Shown here in pieces: positions 46,571 to 57,546 of a DNA stretch of 64,000 nucleotides. The stretch covers positions 2,848,001 through 2,912,000 of the forward strand of contig CAWDEM010000008.1 in the NCBI GenBank assembly GCA_963801355.1, written 5' to 3'. Under the pieces are notes generated by a model that made no database searches, was not told the DNA's origin, and worked only from the letters and a program-made list of their open reading frames with translations. This stretch comes from Ignavibacteriota bacterium (lineage in GTDB: Bacteria > Bacteroidota > Ignavibacteria > UBA10030 > UBA6906). Both the position numbers and the translations under genes were made by a program. How positions within the stretch are numbered: position 1 is the first letter of the stretch; every line of letters begins with the position of its first letter.

Positions 46571-47229
46571 GCATCATTACGATCGAACGAAAAGTTCTGG
46601 AAAAGAATGACGAGGTGGCCCGTCAGAACCGGGCACTGTTTGCCGACCATGGGATCTTCGTGCTCAACATGGTGAGTTCTCCGGGAGCGGGCAAGACCAG
46701 CATTCTGGAACGGACCCTTGAGGAATTGCGTGACAGGCTCCGTATCGCAATCATCGAAGGAGATGTGCAGACGGATCTGGACGCCCTGCGTGTGGCGAAG
46801 TACAACGTCCCGGCCGTGCAAATTCTCACAAGAGGCGGCTGCCACCTCGAGGCGAATCTGGTGCGGGAGGCAATCGGCAACCTCTCACTGGACAGCATCG
46901 ACCTGCTGATCATCGAGAACGTCGGCAACCTGGTCTGTCCTTCCAACTACGATCTGGGTGAAGCAATGAAAGTGGTGGTCGCAAGCACCACCGAAGGTGA
47001 TGACAAGCCGCTGAAGTATCCGGCCATGTTCCGGAATTCCTCTGTTCTTATTATCAACAAGATCGACCTCATCCCGTACGTTCCCTGTGATCTCGGTGCC
47101 CTGAAAGACAACGCACTGCGCATCAATCCTTCGCTCACGGTCTTTGAGGTCTCCTGCACAAAGAAACTGGGGATAACACCCTGGTGCGAATGGCTGCTCG
47201 AGAACACCAGCCAGAAGCCGGCATCGTAA
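46567..47229 (+). CDS. hypB: Hydrogenase nickel incorporation GTPase HypB
   Basis: SSPGAGKT, GCHL, ENVGNLVCP, KYP, NKID. Confidence 0.96.
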   Translation: MSIITIERKVLEKNDEVARQNRALFADHGIFVLNMVSSPGAGKTSILERTLEELRDRLRIAIIEGDVQTDLDALRVAKYNVPAVQILTRGGCHLEANLVREAIGNLSLDSIDLLIIENVGNLVCPSNYDLGEAMKVVVASTTEGDDKPLKYPAMFRNSSVLIINKIDLIPYVPCDLGALKDNALRINPSLTVFEVSCTKKLGITPWCEWLLENTSQKPAS

Positions 47230-47323
47230 ATTTATTCCACACCTGCGTTTTCGCAAATCTGACAACACAGGAAGGATTGGTCTCGAGAAACGTCGAATAA
47301 CTCCCGTTTTGGGGGTTGCGACG

Positions 47324-47339
47324 TGGCATGGCTCTTGCG
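47324..47339 (+). promoter_or_regulatory. Sigma54 (-24/-12) promoter upstream of hoxE
   Basis: TGGCATGGCTCTTGCG, exact GG-N10-GC spacing, in the hypB-hoxE gap. Confidence 0.7.
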
Positions 47340-47405
47340 TCACCACCTTGAAGCAGCCGCTCTTTCTCCAAGGACTCACTTTCGAACCAACGAATACCGC
47401 AGAGC

Positions 47406-47924
47406 ATGCCATCAACGACGACACACCAACAGCATCCCAGCGGTGATAACCGGTTCAAGTTACTGGACCGCGCGATCACCAAGCACCAGGGACGCGGCGA
47501 CGCGCTCATCGAAGTGCTGCACGCCGCACAGGGTATTTTCGGTTTTCTCGAGAACGACCTTCTCATTTATGTCGCCCGCGCACTGAAACTGCCTCTCAGC
47601 AGGGTGTACGGCGTGGCGACATTCTATCACTTCTTCACCCTCAAGCCGAAGGGTAAGCACACCTTCGTCCTTTGCACCGGCACCGCATGCTACGTCAAAG
47701 GTGCGGCACACATCCAGCATGCGGCAGAAGAGTGCTGCAAGGTGAAATTCGGGCAGACAACCCCCGACGACAAGATCTCGCTTGTGTCGGCCCGCTGTGT
47801 CGGCTCCTGCGGACTTGCACCGGTCGCAGTCCTCGACAACCGGGTTGCCGGGAAGCTCACGCCGGCCAGCGCGGTGGAACGCCTGAAGGCATGGCAACAA
47901 CAACCCGATGAGGTGACCGCATGA
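47406..47924 (+). CDS. hoxE: Bidirectional hydrogenase subunit HoxE
   Basis: [29 protein letters not shown] (2Fe-2S). Confidence 0.93.
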   Translation: MPSTTTHQQHPSGDNRFKLLDRAITKHQGRGDALIEVLHAAQGIFGFLENDLLIYVARALKLPLSRVYGVATFYHFFTLKPKGKHTFVLCTGTACYVKGAAHIQHAAEECCKVKFGQTTPDDKISLVSARCVGSCGLAPVAVLDNRVAGKLTPASAVERLKAWQQQPDEVTA

Positions 47925-49573
47925 CTGTGGAAGATCTTCAGGAACTTGCGGAACAGGAGCAGCGGCGTCAGCAACAGTTCACGCACAGGATCATGTATTG
48001 TGCCGCCGCCGGGTGTGTTTCCTGCGGCAGTGTCAATGTCCGCGACATGATCAAGAAGGCGTTGCAGGAAAAGGACCTTGCGGCGAAGGTGGAAGTGATC
48101 GGCACGGGCTGCATGGGCTTGTGCGGCGAAGGCCCCCTCGTGAAAATCCTGCCCGACAACACGCTGTATCAGCGCGTGGATGAAGCGGTGGCCCGCCGCA
48201 TCGTTGAAGAACATCTCGTGGGCGGCACAAAGCTGGAAGACCACATGGCCGACACCGCGCATCCCTTCTTTGCCGAACAGGTGAAGGTCGTACTGGAGAA
48301 CTGCGGCCGCATCGACGCAGAACGCATCGAGGAGTACATTGCCGTCGGCGGTTACGACGCCCTCGCAAAAGCCGTCACGGAATTGCAGCCGGGCGAGGTG
48401 ATCGAAGAAGTGCGCAAGAGCGGTCTCCGCGGCAGGGGCGGCGCCGGATACCCGACGGGCCTCAAATGGGGCATCGTCCGCAAGGTCGCCAGCGATACCA
48501 AGTATGTGATCTGCAACGCCGACGAAGGGGACCCCGGCGCGTTCATGGACCGGAGTGTGCTTGAAGGAGATCCGCACAGGATCCTGGAAGGAATGGCCAT
48601 CGCCGGTTACGCCGTCGGCGCGCAGCAGGGATTCGTGTACGTGCGCGCGGAATACCCGCTGGCGATCGACCGGCTCAAGAGCGCAATCAAACAAGCCGAA
48701 CGCCTCGGCTTGCTGGGCCACCGCATTTTCGAATCGCAATTCAATTTCCGCATCGATCTGCGCATCGGTGCAGGAGCGTTTGTGTGCGGCGAAGAAACAG
48801 CGCTCATCCGATCGATCGAAGGACGCCGCGGACGTCCCCGCCCGCGCCCCCCCTATCCTTCGGAAAAGGGACTCTGGGGCATGCCCACGCTCCTGAACAA
48901 CGTGGAGACCTTTGCCAACATTGCACCCATTATCGCACGCGGCGGCGCATGGTTTACCGGCATCGGCACACCGAAGAGCCCGGGGACCAAAGTATTCGCA
49001 CTCGCAGGCGAGATCCGCAATACGGGATTGATTGAAGTCCCGATGGGCATCCCCCTCCGCAAAATCGTCTTCGACATGGGGGGCGGCACCCCGGAAGGGA
49101 CTGAATTCAAAGCCGCCCAGACCGGCGGACCGTCGGGCGGATGCATCCCGAAGGAACATGTCGACATACCCGTGGACTACGAGTCCCTCACCACGCTCGG
49201 ATCCATCATGGGCAGCGGCGGCATGATCATCATGAACTCCACGTCCAATATGGTGGATGTGGCGAGGTATTTCATGGACTTCTGCCGCGATGAGTCGTGC
49301 GGGAAATGTGTCCCCTGCCGCGTCGGCACCGTCCATATCCACGGCCTGCTTGACAAAATCGCCAAAGGCAAGGGTACGGCAGATGACCTGGCCATACTGG
49401 AAGAGCTGTGTGTCATGGTGAAAGAGACCAGTCTCTGCGGCCTCGGTCAATCGGCGCCCAACCCGGTCCTCTCAACGCTCCGTTTCTTCCGCCACGAGTA
49501 CGAGGCACTCCTGAAACCGGTGGAGACCTTCGTCGCTTCGGGCAACGGACACGACACGACTTCGCACGCATAG
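47921..49573 (+). CDS. hoxF: Bidirectional hydrogenase diaphorase subunit HoxF
   Basis: [36 protein letters not shown]. Confidence 0.94.
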   Translation: MTVEDLQELAEQEQRRQQQFTHRIMYCAAAGCVSCGSVNVRDMIKKALQEKDLAAKVEVIGTGCMGLCGEGPLVKILPDNTLYQRVDEAVARRIVEEHLVGGTKLEDHMADTAHPFFAEQVKVVLENCGRIDAERIEEYIAVGGYDALAKAVTELQPGEVIEEVRKSGLRGRGGAGYPTGLKWGIVRKVASDTKYVICNADEGDPGAFMDRSVLEGDPHRILEGMAIAGYAVGAQQGFVYVRAEYPLAIDRLKSAIKQAERLGLLGHRIFESQFNFRIDLRIGAGAFVCGEETALIRSIEGRRGRPRPRPPYPSEKGLWGMPTLLNNVETFANIAPIIARGGAWFTGIGTPKSPGTKVFALAGEIRNTGLIEVPMGIPLRKIVFDMGGGTPEGTEFKAAQTGGPSGGCIPKEHVDIPVDYESLTTLGSIMGSGGMIIMNSTSNMVDVARYFMDFCRDESCGKCVPCRVGTVHIHGLLDKIAKGKGTADDLAILEELCVMVKETSLCGLGQSAPNPVLSTLRFFRHEYEALLKPVETFVASGNGHDTTSHA

Positions 49574-49586
49574 CAGGAACACACCC

Positions 49587-50321
49587 ATGGCTATCGTTAC
49601 ACTCACCATCAACGGCGAACAGGTAAGCGCGAAGGATGACGAGACGCTCCTGCAGATCGCCCGACAGCACAAGATCGACATCCTGACATTATGCCATCTC
49701 GACGGTCTTTCCGACGTGGGCGCCTGCCGGCTCTGCCTGGTGGAGATTGAGGGATCAAACAAGCTCGTGCCGGCCTGCACCGCACGCCCCATTGAGGGCA
49801 TGGTGGTGCGTACCGATACCGAACGCCTCAAGAAGTACCGCAGAATGATCATTGCGCTCCTCGCGTCCGAGGGCAATCACCAGTGTGCGGTCTGTATGGT
49901 GAACAACCACTGCGAACTGCAGAATCTGGCGTATGACGTCGGGCTGCTGTACGTGCGGGTGCCGTACCTGTACAACCAGAAAAAGATCGACGCCTCGCAC
50001 GAAACCTTCATCATCGACCGTAACCGCTGCGTGCTCTGTACCCGGTGCGTCCGCGTGTGCCACGAGGTCGAAGGGGCGCATGTGTGGGACATTGCCGGGC
50101 GCGGCATCGACTGCGAAATCATCGCCGACCTCAACCAGCCGTGGGGATCGTCCGAGAGTTGCACCTCCTGCGGGAAGTGCGTGCTCGTGTGCCCCACGGG
50201 AGCCCTGGTGAAAAAAGGCGAGAGCGTAGCGGAGATGGAAAAGCAAACGCAGTTCCTGAAGTATATTGTCACCGCCCGCAGCAAGGGCGAGTGGATCAGT
50301 TTCGAACAAAACGAAGAGTAA
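49587..50321 (+). CDS. hoxU: Bidirectional hydrogenase subunit HoxU
   Basis: GACRLC, HQCAVC, CVLCTRC, CTSCGKC..CP. Confidence 0.94.
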   Translation: MAIVTLTINGEQVSAKDDETLLQIARQHKIDILTLCHLDGLSDVGACRLCLVEIEGSNKLVPACTARPIEGMVVRTDTERLKKYRRMIIALLASEGNHQCAVCMVNNHCELQNLAYDVGLLYVRVPYLYNQKKIDASHETFIIDRNRCVLCTRCVRVCHEVEGAHVWDIAGRGIDCEIIADLNQPWGSSESCTSCGKCVLVCPTGALVKKGESVAEMEKQTQFLKYIVTARSKGEWISFEQNEE

Positions 50322-50338
50322 TCCTGAGATCCCCTACT

Positions 50339-50875
50339 ATGAAACCTCGAGTCGCAACAGTCTGGCTGGGCGGGTGTTCCGGCTGCCATATGTCCTTACT
50401 CGATCTGGACGAACGCCTGATCGAACTGGCTGAGAGGATGGAGCTGGTCTATTCGCCCATCGCCGATATTAAAGAGTTCCCGCGCGATGTTGACGTGACG
50501 CTGGTGGAAGGGGCTGTCGCCAACAACGAGCACGAGGAGATGGCCCATATCATACGCCGCAACTCCCGCTTCGTGATCTCGTTCGGCGATTGTGCGGTAA
50601 CGGGCAATGTCACCGCGATGCGCAACGGCCTGGACCCCGAGAATGTGCTCCATCGCTCCTACGTGGAACTCGCAGACACTACTCCCCGCATCCCCCGCGG
50701 GTATCCCACGATCGCAGAACTCCTCAAAGAAGCCCGGCCGCTGCACGAATTCGTCAGGGTCGACGCCTTCATTCATGGGTGCCCGCCCACCGCAGACCAG
50801 ATCTGGTCCGCCGTCAGCGAACTTCTGCAGGGAAGAACCCCGGCGTTGACCCATGTCTTCCTGCGGTACGGATGA
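50339..50875 (+). CDS. hoxY: Hydrogenase small subunit HoxY
   Basis: WLGGCSGCHMS, GDCA, GCPP; start MKPRV. Confidence 0.94.
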   Translation: MKPRVATVWLGGCSGCHMSLLDLDERLIELAERMELVYSPIADIKEFPRDVDVTLVEGAVANNEHEEMAHIIRRNSRFVISFGDCAVTGNVTAMRNGLDPENVLHRSYVELADTTPRIPRGYPTIAELLKEARPLHEFVRVDAFIHGCPPTADQIWSAVSELLQGRTPALTHVFLRYG

Positions 50876-50888
50876 GAGGAGAGCGCAC

Positions 50889-52313
50889 ATGAACACCATT
50901 ACGATCAACCCCGTCACCCGTATTGAAGGCCATGCCAAGATCACCATACAGGTGGACGCCAAAGGCGTGGTGAAAGACGCCCGCTTTCACGTCAATGAAT
51001 TCCGCGGCTTCGAAAAGTTCTGCGAAGGCCGGCCGATGTGGGAAATGGGCGGCATAACCTCGCGGATCTGCGGCATCTGTCCCACAAGCCATCTGATCAC
51101 CTCCGCCAAGGCGGGGGATGCCATCCTTGCGGTGGCCATACCGGAGACCGCCGAAAAACTGCGCCGGATGATCACTCTGGCCCAGTGGCTCCAATCGCAT
51201 GCGTTGAGCTTTTTCCATCTTTCCTCCCCTGACTTTCTCCTCGGCTTCGATGCCGACCCGGCGAAAAGAAATATCATCGGCCTGATCGCCCACGATAAGG
51301 AATTTGCGAGACGGGGCATCCGTCTCAGGAAGTTCGGCCAGGAGATCATCGAGGTACTGGGCACGAGGAAGATCCACACGCCCTGGGCCGTTGCGGGCGG
51401 CGTGCGCGAGCCTTTCGACCCCGCGAAGCGCGACTATCTTCTCGGTTGGATACCGGAAGCCCGGGACACCGCCCTGATGGCCCTGGACACTCTCAAGAAG
51501 ATCCATGTCAAGTTTCAGAACGATATCCCCAATTTCGGAAACTTCCGCTCCCTGTTCGTCGGTCTCGTGGCGCCGGACGGCGCGCTGGAGTATTACGGCG
51601 GCCGGCTCCGCATTATGGATGGGGCGGGCAACGTGATCGCCGACAAGATCGATCCCGCAGAGTACCACGAACACTTTGGCGAAGCGACCGAGGATTGGTC
51701 ATACCTGAAATTCCCATACTACAAGCCGTTCGGGTACCCGAAGGGGATGTACCGGGTCGGCCCGCTCGCCCGGGTGAACATCTGTGACTACATCGATACC
51801 CCCCTCGCGGAAGGCGAACGCAAGCTGTTCAAGGCAATCGCCGGCGAGGCGGAAACGGTGAACAATTCCTTCTACTATCACTATGCCCGGCTGATCGAGA
51901 TCCTGTACTCCGTGGAGAAGATCGAGGCTCTCTTGAATGATCCGGCCATCCTCGGCCAGAACATCCGCGCCAGGGCAATGATCAATCAGACCCACGGGGT
52001 CGGCGCATGCGAGGCGCCGCGCGGAACACTCTTCCATGATTACACGGTCACCGATGACGGTCTCCTGCAGAAGGTCAACCTCGTCATTGCCACCGCACAG
52101 AACAACCTCGCGATGAATCGCACCGTACGCCAGCTGGCCATGCAGTATCTGGACGGGACGAAGTTGTCCGAAGGCATCTTGAACCGCATCGAGGCCGGCA
52201 TCCGCTGCTTTGATCCGTGCCTTTCCTGTTCGACGCATGCCATCGGGATGATGCCACTGCACGTGCAGGTGATCGATGAAGACCACCGCGTACTGTCCGA
52301 TCTCCGTCGATGA
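50889..52313 (+). CDS. hoxH: Group 3d [NiFe] hydrogenase large subunit HoxH
   Basis: TRIEGH, L1 RICGICP, L2 DPCLSCSTH plus a cleavable C-terminal extension. Confidence 0.95.
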   Translation: MNTITINPVTRIEGHAKITIQVDAKGVVKDARFHVNEFRGFEKFCEGRPMWEMGGITSRICGICPTSHLITSAKAGDAILAVAIPETAEKLRRMITLAQWLQSHALSFFHLSSPDFLLGFDADPAKRNIIGLIAHDKEFARRGIRLRKFGQEIIEVLGTRKIHTPWAVAGGVREPFDPAKRDYLLGWIPEARDTALMALDTLKKIHVKFQNDIPNFGNFRSLFVGLVAPDGALEYYGGRLRIMDGAGNVIADKIDPAEYHEHFGEATEDWSYLKFPYYKPFGYPKGMYRVGPLARVNICDYIDTPLAEGERKLFKAIAGEAETVNNSFYYHYARLIEILYSVEKIEALLNDPAILGQNIRARAMINQTHGVGACEAPRGTLFHDYTVTDDGLLQKVNLVIATAQNNLAMNRTVRQLAMQYLDGTKLSEGILNRIEAGIRCFDPCLSCSTHAIGMMPLHVQVIDEDHRVLSDLRR

Positions 52314-52747
52314 AACCGGCGCTCCTGATCGGTCTCGGCAACACATTGAGGGGTGACGATGGCGTGGGGATTCGTGTTGCGGAACGGGCACGGACGCGCT
52401 TTCCGGAGCTTGACGTGCTCAGCGTCCACGGACTGTCTCCCGAACTTGCCGAGACCGTGACGCACTACGACATAGTGATGATTGTCGATGCGAGCGTGGC
52501 AACAGACACACTGCGCGTGACCGAAGTATTGCCCGCCGTTTCAGGTGAAAAGATCCGCTCGCACGTCATGTCTCCGGCCGGTATACTCGGACTTGCAGCG
52601 ACACTCTACAGCCGCGTTCCGCGCCGGTCGGTGCTCATTGAAGTTCCCGCAGCGGAGTGCGACTTTGCCGACGCACTTTCGCCCCGGGCGGCGGGTCAGA
52701 TCGACTCCTGTCTCGACCTTGTGGGCTCGTATCTTGTGAGGTCCTGA
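52310..52747 (+). CDS. hoxW: Hydrogenase maturation protease
   Basis: GLGNTLRGDDGVG, IVDA, SH; ATGA overlap with hoxH. Confidence 0.88.
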   Translation: MKPALLIGLGNTLRGDDGVGIRVAERARTRFPELDVLSVHGLSPELAETVTHYDIVMIVDASVATDTLRVTEVLPAVSGEKIRSHVMSPAGILGLAATLYSRVPRRSVLIEVPAAECDFADALSPRAAGQIDSCLDLVGSYLVRS

Positions 52748-52750
52748 TCT

Positions 52751-55081
52751 TTGAAGCAACGTGTGCATGGCGTCATTCGCGGAGCTGTCCAGGGGGTCGG
52801 ATTCCGCCCCTTTGTGTACCGCCTCGCCCGGGAACTCCGGCTCACCGGTTGGGTGAACAACGCCAGCCAGGGAGTCGTCGTTGACGTCGAAGGAGATCCC
52901 GCCGCCGTTTCCGCATTTCTCCACCGTCTCCGCCACGAGCATCCGCCCCGGGCATTCATACAGAGCTTTGAGTACGCATTCCTCGATCCCGCCGGCGCCA
53001 CGGACTTTGTCATCCGCCCCAGTGATCCCTCCGGAGAGAAGACCGCACTCGTGATGCCGGATATCGCGTTGTGCGATGATTGCCGCAACGAGCTTTTCAA
53101 TCCGCAGGACAGGCGCTACCGGTACCCCTTCATCAATTGCACCAACTGCGGGCCCCGGTTCAGCATCATCACCGCACTCCCCTATGATCGCCCACACACC
53201 ACCATGCGGGGTTTCACTATGTGTCCCGCGTGTCAACAGGAATATGACGATCCCGCCAACCGCAGATTCCACGCACAACCCAACGCCTGTCCGGTTTGCG
53301 GCCCCCGCGTTGCGCTGTGGGACGCGGAAGGGCACGTCACGGGCACCGATGAGGATGCGCTTGCCCGCGCTGTGATCGCCCTGCACAACGGCAAGATCGT
53401 CGCGGTCAAGGGAATCGGGGGATTTCATCTGATGGTTGCAGCATCTGACGCTGAAGCCGTGAGCCGTTTGCGCGCACGGAAGCACCGGGAGGAAAAACCA
53501 CTTGCACTGATGTTCCCCACGTTGCAGGCGGTGCGCACTGTTTGCAGTGTGGACGGACCCGAAGAACAGATGCTGACGGCACCCGAAGCCCCGATCGTCC
53601 TGCTGCACCGCCTGCCGGGACATACACCGGCAGCCGTCGCAGAGAACGTGGCCCCGCACAATCCCTACCTCGGCGCCATGCTGCCGTATGCACCTCTCCA
53701 CCACATCCTGCTCCGCGATGCGGACCGGCCCCTTGTGGCCACGAGCGGGAATCTTTCCGATGAACCGATCTGCACCGACGAACAGGAAGCTCTCCACCGC
53801 CTGTCGGGAATCGCCGATCTGTTTCTTGTCCACAACCGCCCGATCGTACGGCACATCGATGATTCAATCGTCAGGATCACTGACGGGCGCCCGACGATCC
53901 TGCGCAGGGCGCGCGGGTATGCACCGCTCCCCCTCCGGCTTCCCGCCACCGTCCCGGATCTGCTCGCAGTGGGAGCACACCTGAAGAATACCATCGCCAT
54001 CTCCCGGGGTCGCGACCTGCTAGTCAGCCAGCATCTGGGAGACCTCGAGACCCGTGAGGCGTACGAGGCATTCCGGTTGGAGACGACGCAGATGGAGACG
54101 CTCTTCGACGCCCATCCCGTCGCAGTTGTATCTGACTCCCATCCGGACTATCTTTCTTCTGTGTATGCGAGGTCGCGGCAGGAGAGAAATATCCGCGTGC
54201 AACACCATGTCGCCCATGTGGCGGCATGCATGGCGGAAAATGAAATCCGCGACCCGTTCCTCGGGGTCGCGTGGGACGGCACCGGGCTCGGCGACGACGG
54301 CACGATCTGGGGCGGGGAATTCTTCCTGGTGAGGGAGAAAAGGTTCGAACGCGTGGCTCATCTCCGGACATTCCCGCTTCCCGGCGGAGATCAGGCTGTA
54401 CGCGAACCACGGCGTTCGGCGCTCGGTCTCCTGTTCGCACTGGCCGGCGACGATGCGTTCACATGGCAGGGCATCATCCCGCTCCAGGCATTCACCGAAG
54501 GTGAGCGAACGACGCTGCACCGTATGCTGACGCGCGGCATTAATTCCCCCGTGACCTCCAGCGCAGGGCGGCTGTTCGATGCCGTGAGCGCGCTGCTGGG
54601 CCTCCGCCAGCGGAACAGCTTTGAGGGACAGGCGGCAATGGAGCTGGAGTGGATCGCGGACGGCTCGGTGACGGATGCCTACCCCGCCACGGTGACCGTG
54701 TCTCGTGCCCGTTCCGGCGACAGCGGGCTTCCTGGACAACGCGGGGATCCCGGCGACACCGGGCGTCCCTGCGTCATCGACTGGGAGCCGATGATCCGCG
54801 CTCTTATAAAAGAACAGCAGGCGGGAGAACCTATCGCAGCCATCGCCACCCGCTTTCACCGGACGCTTGCCGGGAGCATAGTGACCGTCGCGCAACAGAT
54901 CGGGTGTGAACGCGTGGCTCTCACGGGTGGTTGCTTCCAGAATGCCCTGCTCACGCACTATACAGTCGAAGCACTGACAGCTGCAGGTTTTCGCGCGTAT
55001 GTCCATCAGCGCATCCCACCCAATGACGGGGGGATCGCGCCCGGACAGATAGCTGCAGCAGCGTATATGGATTTACTATAG
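52751..55081 (+). CDS. hypF: Carbamoyltransferase HypF
   Basis: VQGVGFRPF, zinc fingers, KGIGGFH, HHVAH, PPNDGG. Confidence 0.96.
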   Translation: MKQRVHGVIRGAVQGVGFRPFVYRLARELRLTGWVNNASQGVVVDVEGDPAAVSAFLHRLRHEHPPRAFIQSFEYAFLDPAGATDFVIRPSDPSGEKTALVMPDIALCDDCRNELFNPQDRRYRYPFINCTNCGPRFSIITALPYDRPHTTMRGFTMCPACQQEYDDPANRRFHAQPNACPVCGPRVALWDAEGHVTGTDEDALARAVIALHNGKIVAVKGIGGFHLMVAASDAEAVSRLRARKHREEKPLALMFPTLQAVRTVCSVDGPEEQMLTAPEAPIVLLHRLPGHTPAAVAENVAPHNPYLGAMLPYAPLHHILLRDADRPLVATSGNLSDEPICTDEQEALHRLSGIADLFLVHNRPIVRHIDDSIVRITDGRPTILRRARGYAPLPLRLPATVPDLLAVGAHLKNTIAISRGRDLLVSQHLGDLETREAYEAFRLETTQMETLFDAHPVAVVSDSHPDYLSSVYARSRQERNIRVQHHVAHVAACMAENEIRDPFLGVAWDGTGLGDDGTIWGGEFFLVREKRFERVAHLRTFPLPGGDQAVREPRRSALGLLFALAGDDAFTWQGIIPLQAFTEGERTTLHRMLTRGINSPVTSSAGRLFDAVSALLGLRQRNSFEGQAAMELEWIADGSVTDAYPATVTVSRARSGDSGLPGQRGDPGDTGRPCVIDWEPMIRALIKEQQAGEPIAAIATRFHRTLAGSIVTVAQQIGCERVALTGGCFQNALLTHYTVEALTAAGFRAYVHQRIPPNDGGIAPGQIAAAAYMDLL

Positions 55082-55105
55082 CCTGTATGATACCACGGAG
55101 TGACT

Positions 55106-55369
55106 ATGTGTCTTGCAGTGCCCGGAGAAGTTCTTGCGATCGACCGCAGCGTAACCCCTGTCATGGGAACGGTCAGCTTCGCAGGTGTGCAGAAGCAGGT
55201 GTGCCTTGAGTGGCTGCCGGAAATCAACGTGGGAGAATATGTCATTGTGCACGTCGGTTTCGCCCTGAGCAAGGTTGACAGGGAAGAAGCGCTCGAAACA
55301 CTGGAGATGCTCCGTACGATGTATGACCTCGCCGACGACGGGGATGCCCCTCCGGAGAACCGGCCGTGA
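55106..55369 (+). CDS. hypC: Hydrogenase chaperone HypC
   Basis: MCLAVPG, VHVGFA. Confidence 0.95.
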   Translation: MCLAVPGEVLAIDRSVTPVMGTVSFAGVQKQVCLEWLPEINVGEYVIVHVGFALSKVDREEALETLEMLRTMYDLADDGDAPPENRP

Positions 55370-56460
55370 AGTTTGTCGACGAATACAGGGACCAGGAGAT
55401 CGTCCGGAACCTTCTCCAGGCGATCCATGCTGAAACGACCCGTCCGTGGACGATCATGGAAATCTGCGGCGGACAGACCCATGCCATCGTCAAGCACGGC
55501 CTGGATACACTCCTCCCTTCCACCCTCACGCTCGTGCACGGCCCGGGCTGCCCGGTATGTGTGACACCCCTTGCGCTCATCGACAAGGCCGTAGCCATCG
55601 CTTCACTCCCCGACGTGATCTTTGCATCCTTCGGCGATATGTTGCGCGTTCCGGGTTCGGAGCGGGATCTGCTTTCCGTGAAGGCGGGGGGCGGCGATAT
55701 TCGCATCGTCTACTCTCCCCTCGACGCTGTCGCGCTCGCCCGGCGGAATCCCGGCAAACGGGTCGTCTTTTTTGCCGTAGGGTTTGAGACCACGGCACCG
55801 GCAAACGCGATGGCCGTATTGCAGGCCGAACGGGAATCGATAGAAAATTTTTCCATCCTCTCCGCGCACGTTCTCGTACCCCCGGCGATCGCAGCTCTCC
55901 TCTCGTCGCCGGCCAACCGCGTGCAGGGATTTCTCGCTGCCGGGCACGTCTGCGCGGTGATGGGGTACGAAGAGTACATTCCTCTTGCCGAACGGTTCCG
56001 CGTCCCGATTGTCATCACCGGCTTCGAGCCGGTGGATATTCTTCAGGGAATCCGGATGACCGTACAACAACTCGAGAGCGGCCGCTCTGAGGTGGAAAAT
56101 CAATACGCCCGGATTGTGCGCCGCGAGGGGAACCCTGCAGCACGCGCAGCCATTGACCGGGTATTCCGGGTGATCGACAGGCAATGGCGGGGAATCGGCA
56201 CCATCCCCCTCAGCGGGTACGGCTTGCGCCCGGAGTACCAACGGTTCGATGCCGATGAGCGATTTGCAGTGCAGCACATTCTCACGCGTGAACCGGAAAT
56301 CTGCATAGCCGGGAGTGTTCTTCAGGGATTGCGGAAACCACATGAATGTGAGGCTTTCGGCCGCCAGTGCACACCGGAACATCCGCTGGGAGCCCCCATG
56401 GTGTCATCCGAAGGGTCGTGCGCCGCGTACTTCAGGTATTCCAGGATACATCATGGCTGA
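55366..56460 (+). CDS. hypD: Hydrogenase maturation protein HypD
   Basis: [30 protein letters not shown]. Confidence 0.96.
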   Translation: MKFVDEYRDQEIVRNLLQAIHAETTRPWTIMEICGGQTHAIVKHGLDTLLPSTLTLVHGPGCPVCVTPLALIDKAVAIASLPDVIFASFGDMLRVPGSERDLLSVKAGGGDIRIVYSPLDAVALARRNPGKRVVFFAVGFETTAPANAMAVLQAERESIENFSILSAHVLVPPAIAALLSSPANRVQGFLAAGHVCAVMGYEEYIPLAERFRVPIVITGFEPVDILQGIRMTVQQLESGRSEVENQYARIVRREGNPAARAAIDRVFRVIDRQWRGIGTIPLSGYGLRPEYQRFDADERFAVQHILTREPEICIAGSVLQGLRKPHECEAFGRQCTPEHPLGAPMVSSEGSCAAYFRYSRIHHG

Positions 56461-57513
56461 TGAACAACCCGACTTCGAAGGGTTCTCCTGCCCTGTTCCC
56501 ATTGCCCGCTACAAGCATGTGCTCCTCGCACACGGGGGGGAGGAAAACTCACGCACGAGCTCATCGAAAAGCTCATCCTTCCTGAATTCCGCAACCCCGG
56601 GCTTGAGCAGATGCACGACGGCGCCATGTTCACCATTGGAGCGGCACGGCTGGCATTTTCCACCGACGGCTATGTGGTGCATCCCCTGTTCTTTCCTGGA
56701 GGCGACATAGGAGAGCTCGCCGTCAACGGTACGGTAAACGATCTCGCAATGTGTGGTGCACGGCCGCTGTACCTCTCGTCGGCCCTGATCATCGAGGAGG
56801 GATTGCCGGTGGATGACCTCTGGCGCATCGTGCATTCCATGCGGCAGGCAGCACGCTCCGCCGGTGTTGCGCTTGTCACCGGCGATACAAAGGTCGTCGA
56901 CCGCGGCAAGGGGGACGGCATCTTCGTGACAACATCCGGCATCGGGGTTATTCCGCCGGGAGTCGACATCAACCCGCATCATGCGCGTCCGGGTGATGCG
57001 ATCCTGATCAACGGACCGATTGCGCAGCACGGCATAGCGATCATGTCCGTCCGGGAAGGTCTGCAATTTGGGACAGCAATCGAAAGCGATACGGCGGCTC
57101 TCCACGGATTGGTGGAGCACATGCTTTCGGTCGCGCCGGGAATTCATGTCCTCCGGGATCCGACACGCGGCGGTGTTGCAAGCACGCTGAATGAAATCGC
57201 CGGACAGGCGGGCGTGGGCATGACTATCCATGAGTCGGAGATCCCCGTCGATGAAGAAGTCCGGGGTGCATGTGAACTTCTCGGGTTCGATCCCCTGTAC
57301 GTCGCCAACGAAGGAAAGGTAATCGCTATTGTCGCGCGGGAGGATGCCGGGCCGGTGCTGGCCGCAATGCGGGCTCATCCCCTTGGAACACGCGCCGCGG
57401 TCATCGGGGAAGTCACCGCCGAATACCCGGGCATCGTGACGCTGAGGAGCAGCATCGGTAGCTCGCGCATCGTCGATATGCTTTCGGGGGAGCAACTTCC
57501 CCGCATCTGCTGA
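56453..57513 (+). pseudogene. hypE: hypE with a 1-nt frameshift in a G7 tract (real frameshift or sequence error)
   Basis: ATG 56453 frame reads SCPVP...LLAHGG; the body (GKLTHELI..., GTVNDLA, GDTKVV, RDPTRGG, LPRIC) is in another frame. One extra G at 56534-56540 restores HGGGGKL. Confidence 0.88.
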
Positions 57514-57546
57514 CCCGCTACGTTTTCTGTGGCGGGATCAGACTTC

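Noticed and set aside
47690-49450. 586-aa - strand ORF and other long antisense ORFs over hox/hyp, TBDR and pyrE genes
   Set aside because: Antisense to clearly conserved genes; no motifs
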